Assembly (NCBI GenBank): GCA_014729085.1
Contig: WJKM01000011.1
Span: 46,264-110,263 of the forward strand
DNA length: 64,000 nt
Source of the DNA: Candidatus Dojkabacteria bacterium
GTDB lineage: Bacteria > Patescibacteriota > Dojkabacteria > B142 > WJKM01
Direction: 5' to 3'
The position numbers and the translations under genes were made by a program. This document shows positions 29,041 through 38,792 of the stretch, in pieces. The notes beneath the pieces were generated by a model. It ran no database searches, was not told the origin of the DNA, and saw only the letters and a list, made by a program, of their open reading frames with translations. Numbering within the stretch: position 1 is the first letter of the stretch; every line of letters begins with the position of its first letter.

Positions 29041-29090
29041 TTGGAGCAACTTAGTACCTTCATGGAGGCTGGTAACTAAAGTTGCTCCAA
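29041..29090. terminator. Hairpin between convergent genes (probable bidirectional terminator)
   Basis: TTGGAGCAACTT...AAGTTGCTCCAA inverted repeat. Confidence 0.65.
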
Positions 29091-29098
29091 GCATTTGA

Positions 29099-30511
29099 CT
29101 ATTCGACACTTTCCAGTTCTCCACTAATCAAGGCGACTATTAAATCATCTAATTTTTCAACACTGTAGTCGTTTTCCGAAACATGATAATCTGTACCTCC
29201 CTGTGCATTTGTGATGAAAACATATTTAGCATTTGTTATTAGTGCTATCTGTCTAAACATATACTCACCCTCGGAATTATCCAGTCCGCTTGATGCTAAA
29301 GGATAAATCTTGACCCCCAACTCTAAAGCCCGAAGCATTGCAGTTCTATAGTCATAATTTTGTCCATAATCCATATGCGGTGGTGCATCAGCAACAAGAA
29401 AGCTTATTCTTACTGTATTTTTGTCCTTACCCCATGATAGCTCTTCCAAACTGTCAGCAAGGGCTGTATTAACATCTTCTTCGTAATCCCCCCCTCCTGA
29501 AGCTCGAACCTTGTTAAGATTTGCCTGGAATTCATTCAGATCCTCAGTGAAGTCATAAACCCTGGTTAGATATTCATCTTGCTGATCTCTATAAATTACC
29601 ATTCCATATCTGATCTTTGGCTGAACTGATAGGGATTTAACACGGTTTGAGATACTTTGAATCGTATCTTTCAGTTTATTGATTTGATCTGACATTGATC
29701 CTGTTGTATCTATAATAAACGCAAGGTCTAAAGTTAAATTACTTTTATTATTAACTGCATAATCCAAATCAATCACCCACTCATCTTCAAGTTCAGAAAA
29801 TTCAACATATCTATTATCTGAATAATAAATCTTGTATTCACCAGGATACTCATTATTGCCTCTTACTTGATTATTGGGAACTATATAACTGGAAGGATAG
29901 AAATAAATTTGTCCGTCTGTGTCTGTCCTAATTCTATACTCTTGTCCCATACCATCCTCCATTACAAGCTTATGTCCCAGTACCCCTTTCCCTTCCAGAT
30001 CTTCCACTTTAATCAAATATCTATGAGACAAATCTATATCATATCCGTTTCCCTTATTGGCTGTTTGTATGTATTCTAGATACTGCTGAAACAATTCGTT
30101 ATCATCTATCTCTCCTCCCTTCAAATTCGCGGCCTGTTGTGGTGAATTTGATTCCTCGTAATCAAAAGACTCTTCTATAGCAGATTCGACTTCTAATGAA
30201 TCTTTACTTGAACGGCCCAAAAATCTTGAGAAGGAGGATACAACAGAATCTTCTTCAGAACCTGGTATACCCGAGTAACCATCTTCTCCTCTTCTTTCCT
30301 TGTATTCTTCCTTATCTTTAAGTTCTAACACTTTATCCTCACCTACTTGAAATCTTTCCAATACAGGAGAATCTTCACTGAATGCAAAAACTGGGTCATC
30401 TTCAGGTTGATCTTCTTCCTGGTCCTGTATTAAGTATACAGTAGGAACTACAATACATATCACTGTTACTAGAAGTCCCGCAATTACAAAAACTGCCTTA
30501 TATTTCTTCAT
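29099..30511 (-). CDS. Membrane-anchored VWA-domain protein
   Basis: MIDAS DTTGSM, YRD, GGGD.EE, ADAPPH. Confidence 0.88.
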   Translation of the reverse strand: MKKYKAVFVIAGLLVTVICIVVPTVYLIQDQEEDQPEDDPVFAFSEDSPVLERFQVGEDKVLELKDKEEYKERRGEDGYSGIPGSEEDSVVSSFSRFLGRSSKDSLEVESAIEESFDYEESNSPQQAANLKGGEIDDNELFQQYLEYIQTANKGNGYDIDLSHRYLIKVEDLEGKGVLGHKLVMEDGMGQEYRIRTDTDGQIYFYPSSYIVPNNQVRGNNEYPGEYKIYYSDNRYVEFSELEDEWVIDLDYAVNNKSNLTLDLAFIIDTTGSMSDQINKLKDTIQSISNRVKSLSVQPKIRYGMVIYRDQQDEYLTRVYDFTEDLNEFQANLNKVRASGGGDYEEDVNTALADSLEELSWGKDKNTVRISFLVADAPPHMDYGQNYDYRTAMLRALELGVKIYPLASSGLDNSEGEYMFRQIALITNAKYVFITNAQGGTDYHVSENDYSVEKLDDLIVALISGELESVE

Positions 30512-30570
30512 TTAGATAACTTAAAAATTTAACTCATTAATTTAGATAAAAAAGGTTACAAGGTTTATCT

Positions 30571-31464
30571 TCAAGATTCACTAAAAATTTTTAAAATATC
30601 CATCAAATTTCCAACTGAATATAAATTATCGCTTTCTTTTATCAACTTCGTTTGATTTTTTCTGACAAGTATTGCCATCCCGAATCCCATTTTTGTAAAG
30701 GGAGTTTCCAGATCTCCCTCGTAAGAATCCCCAACAATCACAGAGTTTTTCAAATCGAGATTTTTACTTAAACAATTTTCCGCTAGACTGATCGCCTTTT
30801 TAAAAAATTCAATAGTTGGTTTATCCTCAGGATCTCCAATTGAAAGACCTTGGTATTCTAAACCTCTTCTACGCAGTTGTTCAATACGTTTAGTTTTCAT
30901 TTTCTTTGAATATTCTGGTTTATACAAAAATTGACCATCATCTCTCATTTGTAGACGTGCGTCACTACTCGTAATTAGAAAAATTGGTCTATTATTCTTT
31001 ACAAGTCTTGTATTTAGATCTATAGCTCCTGAAAAAAAAGAAACTTTTGCAGTTAACTCCTTCCAGTAACTTTCTGCTGCACCCTCAACATAGGCTTTTC
31101 TTGGTTCCACTCCTACTTTATCCATTGCAAGTTTTATAAACACTTCCCTGCTCCATTTCTTATACTTGCCCCATTCTTTTATAACTAATTTCTGAGAATT
31201 CGCAACTTTTTCAAGTAAGGAATTTGATTCATCAAGCAACTCTTGATTATTAGCATTGGCAGAATCCTTATTGAGTCTGTATCCAGCCAAAATAGTATTA
31301 AATATCTTATTAAATTGAACTTTTATTCTTTCAGACTTTTCGTTTCCATACTTCTCTTCGAGAGCTTCTACAATTCCTTCTGATGCAATCTCATTAACTC
31401 CAGCTGTATCTATTAAAGTATCATCAATATCAAAAAACCATATTGATTTTTTTAAATTGTTCAT
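30571..31464 (-). CDS. HAD-superfamily hydrolase
   Basis: FDIDDTL, ITS, KP, VGDSYEGD. Confidence 0.85.
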   Translation of the reverse strand: MNNLKKSIWFFDIDDTLIDTAGVNEIASEGIVEALEEKYGNEKSERIKVQFNKIFNTILAGYRLNKDSANANNQELLDESNSLLEKVANSQKLVIKEWGKYKKWSREVFIKLAMDKVGVEPRKAYVEGAAESYWKELTAKVSFFSGAIDLNTRLVKNNRPIFLITSSDARLQMRDDGQFLYKPEYSKKMKTKRIEQLRRRGLEYQGLSIGDPEDKPTIEFFKKAISLAENCLSKNLDLKNSVIVGDSYEGDLETPFTKMGFGMAILVRKNQTKLIKESDNLYSVGNLMDILKIFSES

Positions 31465-31487
31465 TTTCGGCTGTCCTTAAATAAATC

Positions 31488-32225
31488 TTAATCCCAGCTT
31501 AACTTACTGTCGCCAGTTATTGGTATCTTGGGTCCACCATATTTTGGTGAGGAATCAACCAAAATATCAAAAAATGCCTTTACTTTGGCTAACTTCTCCC
31601 TAAATTCAATTCTTTTTGCATTCATATATACATGTTTATCCGATTCTATTCCAACTGCATCTAGATCTAAATTTCGTGCAATATATATCGATCTAGGCAA
31701 GTGAAATTTTTGAGTGACAATTATTATCGAATCAACCTCAAAAATTTCTTTTGCTCGATACATACTGTCATATGTATCGAATCCAGCATGATCCATAAAA
31801 ATATCTTCTGGCGGAATTCCCTGTTCTACAAGATAGGTTTTAATTGAATTCACTTCATCATATTCTTTTCTTCCATGATCTCCGCTTATTAGTATCTTTT
31901 CAACCTTTTTGGCTTCGTATAAATCTATTGCTGTCTCGGCTCTATCTGCAAGAATGTCGCTGAGAGATCCATCAGAATATACTAAAGCTCCAAGAATAAC
32001 AGCTGTTTGGGCTTGAGGTACTTTATCTATTGAAGAATAAACATATTCCCTGCTGAAACTATTAATATATTTATTGATAGATAAGGTGATAAATACAACT
32101 GTAGCAAATCCAATAAAGAGCACTTTGATAATTTTCTCGAAGGTTAGATTTTTAATTAATTTATTTATAATTGATTTTTGATAAATTCCGAGAAGCTTAT
32201 TATATATTGGGGAAATTTTTGCCAT
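31488..32225 (-). CDS. SanA/YdcF (DUF218) family protein
   Basis: ILGA, L.DR, ISGD...YDE, DHAGFDTYDS.YRA, TQ.FHLPR, RE. Confidence 0.9.
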   Translation of the reverse strand: MAKISPIYNKLLGIYQKSIINKLIKNLTFEKIIKVLFIGFATVVFITLSINKYINSFSREYVYSSIDKVPQAQTAVILGALVYSDGSLSDILADRAETAIDLYEAKKVEKILISGDHGRKEYDEVNSIKTYLVEQGIPPEDIFMDHAGFDTYDSMYRAKEIFEVDSIIIVTQKFHLPRSIYIARNLDLDAVGIESDKHVYMNAKRIEFREKLAKVKAFFDILVDSSPKYGGPKIPITGDSKLSWD

Positions 32226-32296
32226 ATTGTATATTTAATAATATGAAATATTATACAAATTTAATTGATTTATATCACTTATAATAGGACGAGCTT

Positions 32297-33583
32297 ATGA
32301 ACAAAAATATTACACAAAATCAAAACTATGATTTAACAGTGATTGGCGGTGGACCGGCAGGAATGATGACAGCTATTTCTGCTGCTTCAAAAGGAAAAGA
32401 TGTTGCTCTAATTGAAAAAAATAGAAGACTAGGACAAAAACTACTCTTAACTGGAAAAGGAAGATGCAATATTACCAATGCAGAAAATGATATAAAAAAA
32501 TTTGCTAAAGAGTATGGAAAAAATGCACATTTTCTTTTACCTGCTTTATACAATTTTACGCCCCAAGATACTCTCCATTTTTTTATGCAATGTGGTATTA
32601 ATACTAAAATCGAAAGAGGAAACAGGGTTTTTCCTCAAAGCGACAAAGCTTCAGATGTTTTAAGAGGTTTAGTTAAAATGCTTAATAAGCAAAACGTAGA
32701 GATACTCCTGAATACTAAAGTTGTATCAATAATTTCAAAGAATAATACTATTAAGAAAATTAATACTGATAAAGGTGATATTATCTCAAAAAACTATGTA
32801 GTAGCAACCGGGGGGCTGTCTTATCCGGAAACAGGATCAACCGGTGATGGATATAAGTGGGCAGAAAAATTGGGACATAAACTAATATTGCCAAGGCCTG
32901 CTCTCGTAGGAGTTATTGTAAAGGAAAAATGGATTAAGCAATTACAGGGATTAAGCCTAAAAAATGTAAAGATAACCTTACATCAACCGTCAGACCCTGA
33001 TCATTTGCATCCCAGCAGTTATAAAAAACTTGACGAAAAATTTGGAGAAGCTTTATTTACAAATGTTGGAATGAGCGGTCCAATAATTTTAGACATGAGC
33101 AAAAAAATCGGGGGGCTTTTACAGTACGGTCCTTGTAAATTGGTCATTGATTTTAAACCAGCCCTCGACTTTACTCAACTTGACAAGAGGCTTCTCAACG
33201 ATTTTCAAGAATTTGATAAAAAAATGTTCAAAAATTCTCTTAACCAACTTCTGCCGAGTAAAATTATTCCCCTAATAATTGAGCTTTCAAAAATTAATCC
33301 AGAAAAAAGAGTAAACCAAATTACACGTAATGAAAGAAGCAGGCTCCTACATTTATTAAAAGAGTTTGAACTTACAGTGACCAAAACTGAAGGTTTCGAA
33401 AAAGCAATAGTAACAGCCGGCGGGATTGAACTAACAGAAATCGATTCTAAAACAATGAAATCAAAAATCATAGACAACCTGTATTTAGCTGGAGAAATTT
33501 TGGATATTGATGGACCTACAGGTGGTTATAATCTACAGATGTGCTGGAGTACTGGGAGTTTAGCAGGAAAGTTTAGAAGCTAA
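32297..33583 (+). CDS. HI0933/BaiN family NAD(P)/FAD-dependent oxidoreductase
   Basis: GGGPAGM, TGKGRCNITN, ATGG.SYP.TGSTGDG, TAGG, DG.TGGYNLQ. Confidence 0.93.
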   Translation: MNKNITQNQNYDLTVIGGGPAGMMTAISAASKGKDVALIEKNRRLGQKLLLTGKGRCNITNAENDIKKFAKEYGKNAHFLLPALYNFTPQDTLHFFMQCGINTKIERGNRVFPQSDKASDVLRGLVKMLNKQNVEILLNTKVVSIISKNNTIKKINTDKGDIISKNYVVATGGLSYPETGSTGDGYKWAEKLGHKLILPRPALVGVIVKEKWIKQLQGLSLKNVKITLHQPSDPDHLHPSSYKKLDEKFGEALFTNVGMSGPIILDMSKKIGGLLQYGPCKLVIDFKPALDFTQLDKRLLNDFQEFDKKMFKNSLNQLLPSKIIPLIIELSKINPEKRVNQITRNERSRLLHLLKEFELTVTKTEGFEKAIVTAGGIELTEIDSKTMKSKIIDNLYLAGEILDIDGPTGGYNLQMCWSTGSLAGKFRS

Positions 33584-33673
33584 AAGAAAAAACCACTAGA
33601 CTTTATTTTTGCCTCCTTGTAGAGATAAAGAGGAAACCGGGTTTGGACTTTCGGGTTTTAATATTAAACATAT

Positions 33674-35590
33674 CTACTCCCAAATAATAGTTACTGGTTT
33701 TGAATATTGTTGGTCTGAGTTATTAGGCTGGTATATATCAGTTAACAGTTGATCTGCTGATATATTTCTATTCAAAAGCTGTTGTCTAACTCTAAAAACA
33801 AGTTTATTATCTCCAATTACTGGATAATTTGAGCCTTTCAATATGCTCGTAGGTATTTTCACATAACCATCACTAATATAGATTGGGTAACCTTCAAGAT
33901 TGAAAATAAACCCTTCCCTATACGCCATACCTATACCAGTCCAAACTGCCACCTCAACTTGTAAAAATCCATCATATGGACCTGACTCTGTGTAAACATG
34001 TAAATCTATAAAACTTTTATCTTTGTTAACATTTTGTAATAAAATTGGCGCCCCTGAAGCATTGTTACCAAAATTGATTTCTAAAGGCTTTGATGGATCA
34101 GGAACATATTTTTTAAAGCGTTCTATTATAATTCCATCCTTTCTATTATTTGGATCCTCACAGTTATTTTTCAACATACAATTATTAATTTTCATAGGAT
34201 ATTGCCTAATTGAAATCGGTAGACCGACTGCATCAAGATCCCAATCCTCAATTAATTTACCTAAACCCAGTGTTTTGAATTTCGTATCAACAAAACCATA
34301 GAAATGTTGATCCTCAGAATATCTTATCTGATAGAGACCTCCCAAGTCTGGTCTCTGACTTTTCCTTGCAGCCATGTGCCAAGTTGTAACAAGATTATAA
34401 GTTGAAACATCTGCAGGATCTCTACCCCATCCAATCATTTTATTACCAATAATGGTAAATTCGTTACTAAGTTCAGAAGGTAGCAATTTAGCAGGGACTA
34501 AACTATAAAAATATTTTTCCATAGAATAAGAAGAGTGCTTGGCAACTCCACCTTCGTAAGTATTCGTGGGTTTCGACTTCCATCCTGTTGGGTCTACATA
34601 ATAAATTTTTTGTTTTCCAAGTCTTCCAAGCAATTTTTGATCTTCACTATCTGGATGTGTTGGGATCGTTGTATAGTCTGAAAACCGCAATGATCCAGAG
34701 TGGTCTACTAGCTTGTCATATGTATATTTGATATGAGCTGTTGCCTTCCAATTAAGCGAATCTTCTTCAACAATACAAAACCGTAATACGTCTATTCTGT
34801 TCGATTTTCCAAAAGGATGGTCATTACTCTTTGGATTCTCCCAGTACGCAGGATTCCAATATGAGGTCGGAGTTGTTTTACTGATTCTCATAATTGTTGA
34901 ATTTGTCCCCACTCCAGCTTCTCCTGGGCAAATATCGTCTTCATACTCAATCTTCGTAAAACCAGTAAAAAATCTCTGTGGCTTTCCTGATGAATCTGTA
35001 TTAGAATAATCTAAGTATTGATTTTTGTATATGGCGTAGGCTCCTGGAACAGGTTTAGGGATTGGATAGTTAATGTTATCTTGAGTATTATAAGAAGACA
35101 ATGAAGATTTATATACTTCCTTATCTTCCACAGATATTAATTTCTCTGTACTAAAAGGCTGGTTTTCTCCTACAGGTTTAATAGAAGCAATATAATGTCC
35201 AACAGGAATATTCGAATCTGTTTCAACTTCTCCCTTACCATTTCTTACATAAACATCCCATTTAGTAACCGGATATGCTGTACATTGATTTGTATCGCTG
35301 TTACAAAATACCGATTTCACATCCAAATAACCATTATAAGGACTTCCATCTTTGTAGTTAACTTCTATTGAGTATGTCTTACCCTGCGGTATTACACTTG
35401 GTGTCATTGTAAGATCCAGTGGATATTTTGCGTAATCGTTGGCACTTGCTTCTGTCTCCTTCACATCTACTTCCTTCGTATTTCGTATATAAAATCCAGT
35501 AAACACTGCCAAAACAAACAAAATGAAGAAACCTAGCAAAGTCAAAAGTAGTTTCTTTTTGGATTTGTTATGGAAAGATACGTGCTTCAT
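33674..35590 (-). CDS. Large membrane-anchored extracellular hypothetical protein
   Basis: Probable start MKHVSF, TM, then ETEAS; beta-rich; internal similarity (PYNGYL.V / PYDGFL.V). Confidence 0.7.
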   Translation of the reverse strand: MKHVSFHNKSKKKLLLTLLGFFILFVLAVFTGFYIRNTKEVDVKETEASANDYAKYPLDLTMTPSVIPQGKTYSIEVNYKDGSPYNGYLDVKSVFCNSDTNQCTAYPVTKWDVYVRNGKGEVETDSNIPVGHYIASIKPVGENQPFSTEKLISVEDKEVYKSSLSSYNTQDNINYPIPKPVPGAYAIYKNQYLDYSNTDSSGKPQRFFTGFTKIEYEDDICPGEAGVGTNSTIMRISKTTPTSYWNPAYWENPKSNDHPFGKSNRIDVLRFCIVEEDSLNWKATAHIKYTYDKLVDHSGSLRFSDYTTIPTHPDSEDQKLLGRLGKQKIYYVDPTGWKSKPTNTYEGGVAKHSSYSMEKYFYSLVPAKLLPSELSNEFTIIGNKMIGWGRDPADVSTYNLVTTWHMAARKSQRPDLGGLYQIRYSEDQHFYGFVDTKFKTLGLGKLIEDWDLDAVGLPISIRQYPMKINNCMLKNNCEDPNNRKDGIIIERFKKYVPDPSKPLEINFGNNASGAPILLQNVNKDKSFIDLHVYTESGPYDGFLQVEVAVWTGIGMAYREGFIFNLEGYPIYISDGYVKIPTSILKGSNYPVIGDNKLVFRVRQQLLNRNISADQLLTDIYQPNNSDQQYSKPVTIIWE

Positions 35591-35731
35591 GATATAAAAA
35601 TATATAGTTAGGTATATTTCTAAAAATATTCTACCGACAAATCCTACCAATGTAAATCTATTCTTTTTGAACATCTTGATTTTCTAGAGTTTCCCCCTTC
35701 CACTTCCTAAATAGCTAACCTGGTATGGACT

Positions 35732-36451
35732 TTAAACTTCATGACTTTTCCTAAACATATCAATCTGAGCTTGAATATAACCTGAAGGGTTTCCAATATC
35801 TGCAAAATATCCGTCGTCGATATAGGCATAGATTTCTTCACCTGAGGCTAATACCTTTGGGATAATATCATATGAAAGATTCGTGAACTCTCCTTCTGGT
35901 ATATATTCCAAAATTTTATTCTCAAAAATATAAAGTCCCGAAACCGCGATGTTCGAAAAAACCTCATCTGGTTTGGGCTTCTCCTTAAACTTGCGTATTT
36001 TATTATCATGATCAATATCAATTATCGCCCTTCTTGTTGGATCTTCCCATTCCCTCGCATACAAAGTTCCAATACCACCTTTATTATCATGAACTTCTTG
36101 AAAATCATTGAAATCCACTACAAAAAGATTGTCTCCATTTATAAGTATAAAATTTTCGTCTTCTATAAAATCCTCAAACTTTTTTAAATCTCCCCCTGTA
36201 CCTGAAAGCTCTTCCTGCTTATTATAAGTGATTCGAATCTCGTAATCAGACCCATCTCCTAAAAACTTTTCAATCTTTTCTCCCAAATGAAATAAGTTAA
36301 TACCCACTTCCTTTATATTATTCTGAGCTAACCATTCAAGTTGATATACAATAACTGGTTTACCGTTTACAGGCATAAGAGGTTTAGGTAGTTGATCTGT
36401 AAAAGGAGCAAGTCGAGTTCCAAGACCTGCTGCCATTATTATAGCTTTCAT
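35732..36451 (-). CDS. Sugar-1-phosphate nucleotidyltransferase family protein
   Basis: MKAIIMAAGLGTRL.P.T..PKPL, GTGG, NGD, FKEKP, DIG; true start at 36451. Confidence 0.9.
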   Translation of the reverse strand: MKAIIMAAGLGTRLAPFTDQLPKPLMPVNGKPVIVYQLEWLAQNNIKEVGINLFHLGEKIEKFLGDGSDYEIRITYNKQEELSGTGGDLKKFEDFIEDENFILINGDNLFVVDFNDFQEVHDNKGGIGTLYAREWEDPTRRAIIDIDHDNKIRKFKEKPKPDEVFSNIAVSGLYIFENKILEYIPEGEFTNLSYDIIPKVLASGEEIYAYIDDGYFADIGNPSGYIQAQIDMFRKSHEV

Positions 36452-36711
36452 TTTTCCTTTTTCTTCTTTAGAAAATAAAATACAACAAAAAATAAAGCTC
36501 CAGAAAAAATCCAAAGACATGAGCAAACCAAAGTAAACATTACAGATACTGAATAATCTGGTTCGCATGCACCTATTGGATTGCCCAATTCATCAACTCC
36601 GTCCCAACACATAATTGCCGGAGGTTTAATTAAGAAAAAATATACTGGTATTGATATTAACCCTAAAATTAATACTATAACACTGACTGTTTTTAGCATA
36701 TTCTTATTCAT
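36448..36711 (-). CDS. Small 2-TM protein
   Basis: Two hydrophobic helices around a Cys-pair loop; stop overlaps the next ATG. Confidence 0.6.
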   Translation of the reverse strand: MNKNMLKTVSVIVLILGLISIPVYFFLIKPPAIMCWDGVDELGNPIGACEPDYSVSVMFTLVCSCLWIFSGALFFVVFYFLKKKKEK

Positions 36712-36981
36712 GTCTATATTTGTATTAACTTAACTACTTAATTATAATCCAATTGCATAGTTAGGGAAATATTAAAAAATATTTTCCAGTGTGCTTTTCA
36801 CGATTATGATTAGTATAGGACAACCACAACAAGCCCCTGTAAAATTCCCTTCCTAAGGCATCCAACAGATAGAAATGATTTAGGAATTCCATAAGGCTTT
36901 GCATTTCAACAAAATTTATTTGTAGGATATTGACTTTTCATCTAACAAAGTCATACTAGCCATTTACAGTATTCGTAATCC

Positions 36982-37362
36982 TCAATAATGATAACTAAAA
37001 TTTCCAATATCTATGATCTCGACACCACCTGAGTCTGGATCAGGGTCTAAAAGTTTTGCCATAATATCAATACTTCCATAAACATAATCTCCTACATTTG
37101 CGATAGTCTGAACTGGTTGCATAATTCCATCAATCCTTCGATAACCTGTTACAATTTCTGGCTCCTTTTCACTTGCAACCATTCTGAAATCCCGTTCCCC
37201 CCATCTTGTAAACAAAACTGGTATTCTATTAATGTCAAAAAGCCATTCACATCCAGGATAGTTATCTTTTACCCAATCATATCCCGCGAGAGCCATATTG
37301 GTGGCTTTCAACGGTTGCTCCATACCAAAATTAAATACCGGATAGTTCAATTCAGATTCCAT
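36982..37362 (-). CDS. Hypothetical protein
   Basis: 126-aa ORF, ATG start. Confidence 0.55.
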   Translation of the reverse strand: MESELNYPVFNFGMEQPLKATNMALAGYDWVKDNYPGCEWLFDINRIPVLFTRWGERDFRMVASEKEPEIVTGYRRIDGIMQPVQTIANVGDYVYGSIDIMAKLLDPDPDSGGVEIIDIGNFSYHY

Positions 37363-37470
37363 GTTATAATTCTATTCGCGAATAAAAGCATAGTATAATA
37401 TATTGCTATTATATCAATTTAAATACCAGTCTTCAATATTATAGGTTATATAAATCCTTAAAATTTTTAT

Positions 37471-38358
37471 ATGCAAAAGGAAACTTTAATTGCGATTCTA
37501 GGTGGCCTTGGTTCTATGCTTGGATGGGGAAGCGGAGACTTTTTTGCCAGAAAATCAATTGATAAAGTAGGTAACACTGTTGCACTTTTTTGGATGCAAT
37601 TTTTGGGGATTATCCCTTTATTAATATATCTTCTGTTTACACAAGATTTTTCAGGGATTAATCTCAATAATACAACCGGTATAGTCTTTTTTGGGCTCCT
37701 AAATATGACACCCTACCTTCTTTACTATAAAGCAATAGAAAAAGGGAAGCTAAGCATAGTAAGTCCAATCAATGCCTCTTATGCGGCTTTTAGCGTAATA
37801 ATTTCGGCCCTCTTTCTTAATGAAAAAATTTCTACAACAGTATATTGGCTTCTAGGTTTAGTGTTTATAGGCATCCTGCTCCTTTCTTTTAGTTTTAAAC
37901 AACTAAAAATAGACCTGCAAGATAAAAATAATGTAAGTAAAGGTGTTTTATATGCCGTACTTTCAGCAGTGCTTTTTGGTTTCTGGTTCCCTTTATGGGA
38001 TGATTTTGTTGGAGAATCAAACTGGATAATTTTACTAATTGGTATGAGGCTTTCGGTTACAATACTTCTATATATCTATGCGAAATTTAAAAAAATAAAA
38101 TTATTTTTTAAATCCAAAAAGGTTTGGAAATGGGTTTTTATTATTGCGGCTCTGGATGCTATGGCCTTTTTTTCATTAACTTGGGCTTTTGAGGCAACAA
38201 CCCAAACTAGTGTTGTTTCTGTATTAGCAGCTACTTTCTCTTTACCTACATTAGTGCTTTCTAGAATATTTTTAAAAGAAAAACTTGCTTTAAATCAGTG
38301 GATCGGCATTATCTCAGTTCTAACCGGTATGGCTCTAATAGCTTGGTTCAGTGCCTAA
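37471..38358 (+). CDS. EamA/DMT family transporter
   Basis: WG.GDF, G.LSIVSPI, FLKE; 10 TM. Confidence 0.88.
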   Translation: MQKETLIAILGGLGSMLGWGSGDFFARKSIDKVGNTVALFWMQFLGIIPLLIYLLFTQDFSGINLNNTTGIVFFGLLNMTPYLLYYKAIEKGKLSIVSPINASYAAFSVIISALFLNEKISTTVYWLLGLVFIGILLLSFSFKQLKIDLQDKNNVSKGVLYAVLSAVLFGFWFPLWDDFVGESNWIILLIGMRLSVTILLYIYAKFKKIKLFFKSKKVWKWVFIIAALDAMAFFSLTWAFEATTQTSVVSVLAATFSLPTLVLSRIFLKEKLALNQWIGIISVLTGMALIAWFSA

Positions 38359-38387
38359 ATCAAGATGTTATTTTTTACTTGAATTAA

Positions 38388-38771
38388 ATGATAAAAATTA
38401 ATAAAAAACAAAAGCAATTCATCGAAGAAAAAGTCCTTGCTCTAGCCTCTGTAGATGCAAATGGAGCACCTAACGTTGTAGCTGTGGCATGTTGTAAGTT
38501 GGTTGAAGGCAATAAAATCCTTATAACAGATAATTTTATGAACAAAACCAGAAAAAATTTATTGAATAATAAAGAAACCTCAATTGCAGTTTGGAGCGAA
38601 GATTGGGAAGAAGGATACCAATTTAAAGGCGAAGCACAGTATTTTTCGAAAGGCAAATGGAAAAAAATGGTCGATGAAATGAGTGAGAATAATGGGTTAC
38701 CTCATAAAGGAGCGGTATTGTTTACAATAAAGGAAATTTGGGACTTGGCCAACCCGAAAAAGTTGTGTTGA
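38388..38771 (+). CDS. Pyridoxamine 5'-phosphate oxidase-like FMN-binding protein
   Basis: LAS...G.PNV, DNFMNKT..NL, GYQFKG. Confidence 0.88.
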   Translation: MIKINKKQKQFIEEKVLALASVDANGAPNVVAVACCKLVEGNKILITDNFMNKTRKNLLNNKETSIAVWSEDWEEGYQFKGEAQYFSKGKWKKMVDEMSENNGLPHKGAVLFTIKEIWDLANPKKLC

Positions 38772-38792
38772 TTTCATAGGTTATTCGTTTAA

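Noticed and set aside
29041-29090. Hairpin as attC site, REP or MITE
   Set aside because: Single copy between convergent genes with no integrase nearby; a terminator is simpler.
36452-36568. N-terminal extension of the nucleotidyltransferase ORF (likewise 56548-56643, 35591-35674, 22858-22917)
   Set aside because: Overlap neighbouring genes or promoter DNA; downstream ATGs fit family N-termini better.
36712-36981. Possible ~47-aa minus-strand ORF or gene remnant in the gap
   Set aside because: No recognisable motif or expression signal.
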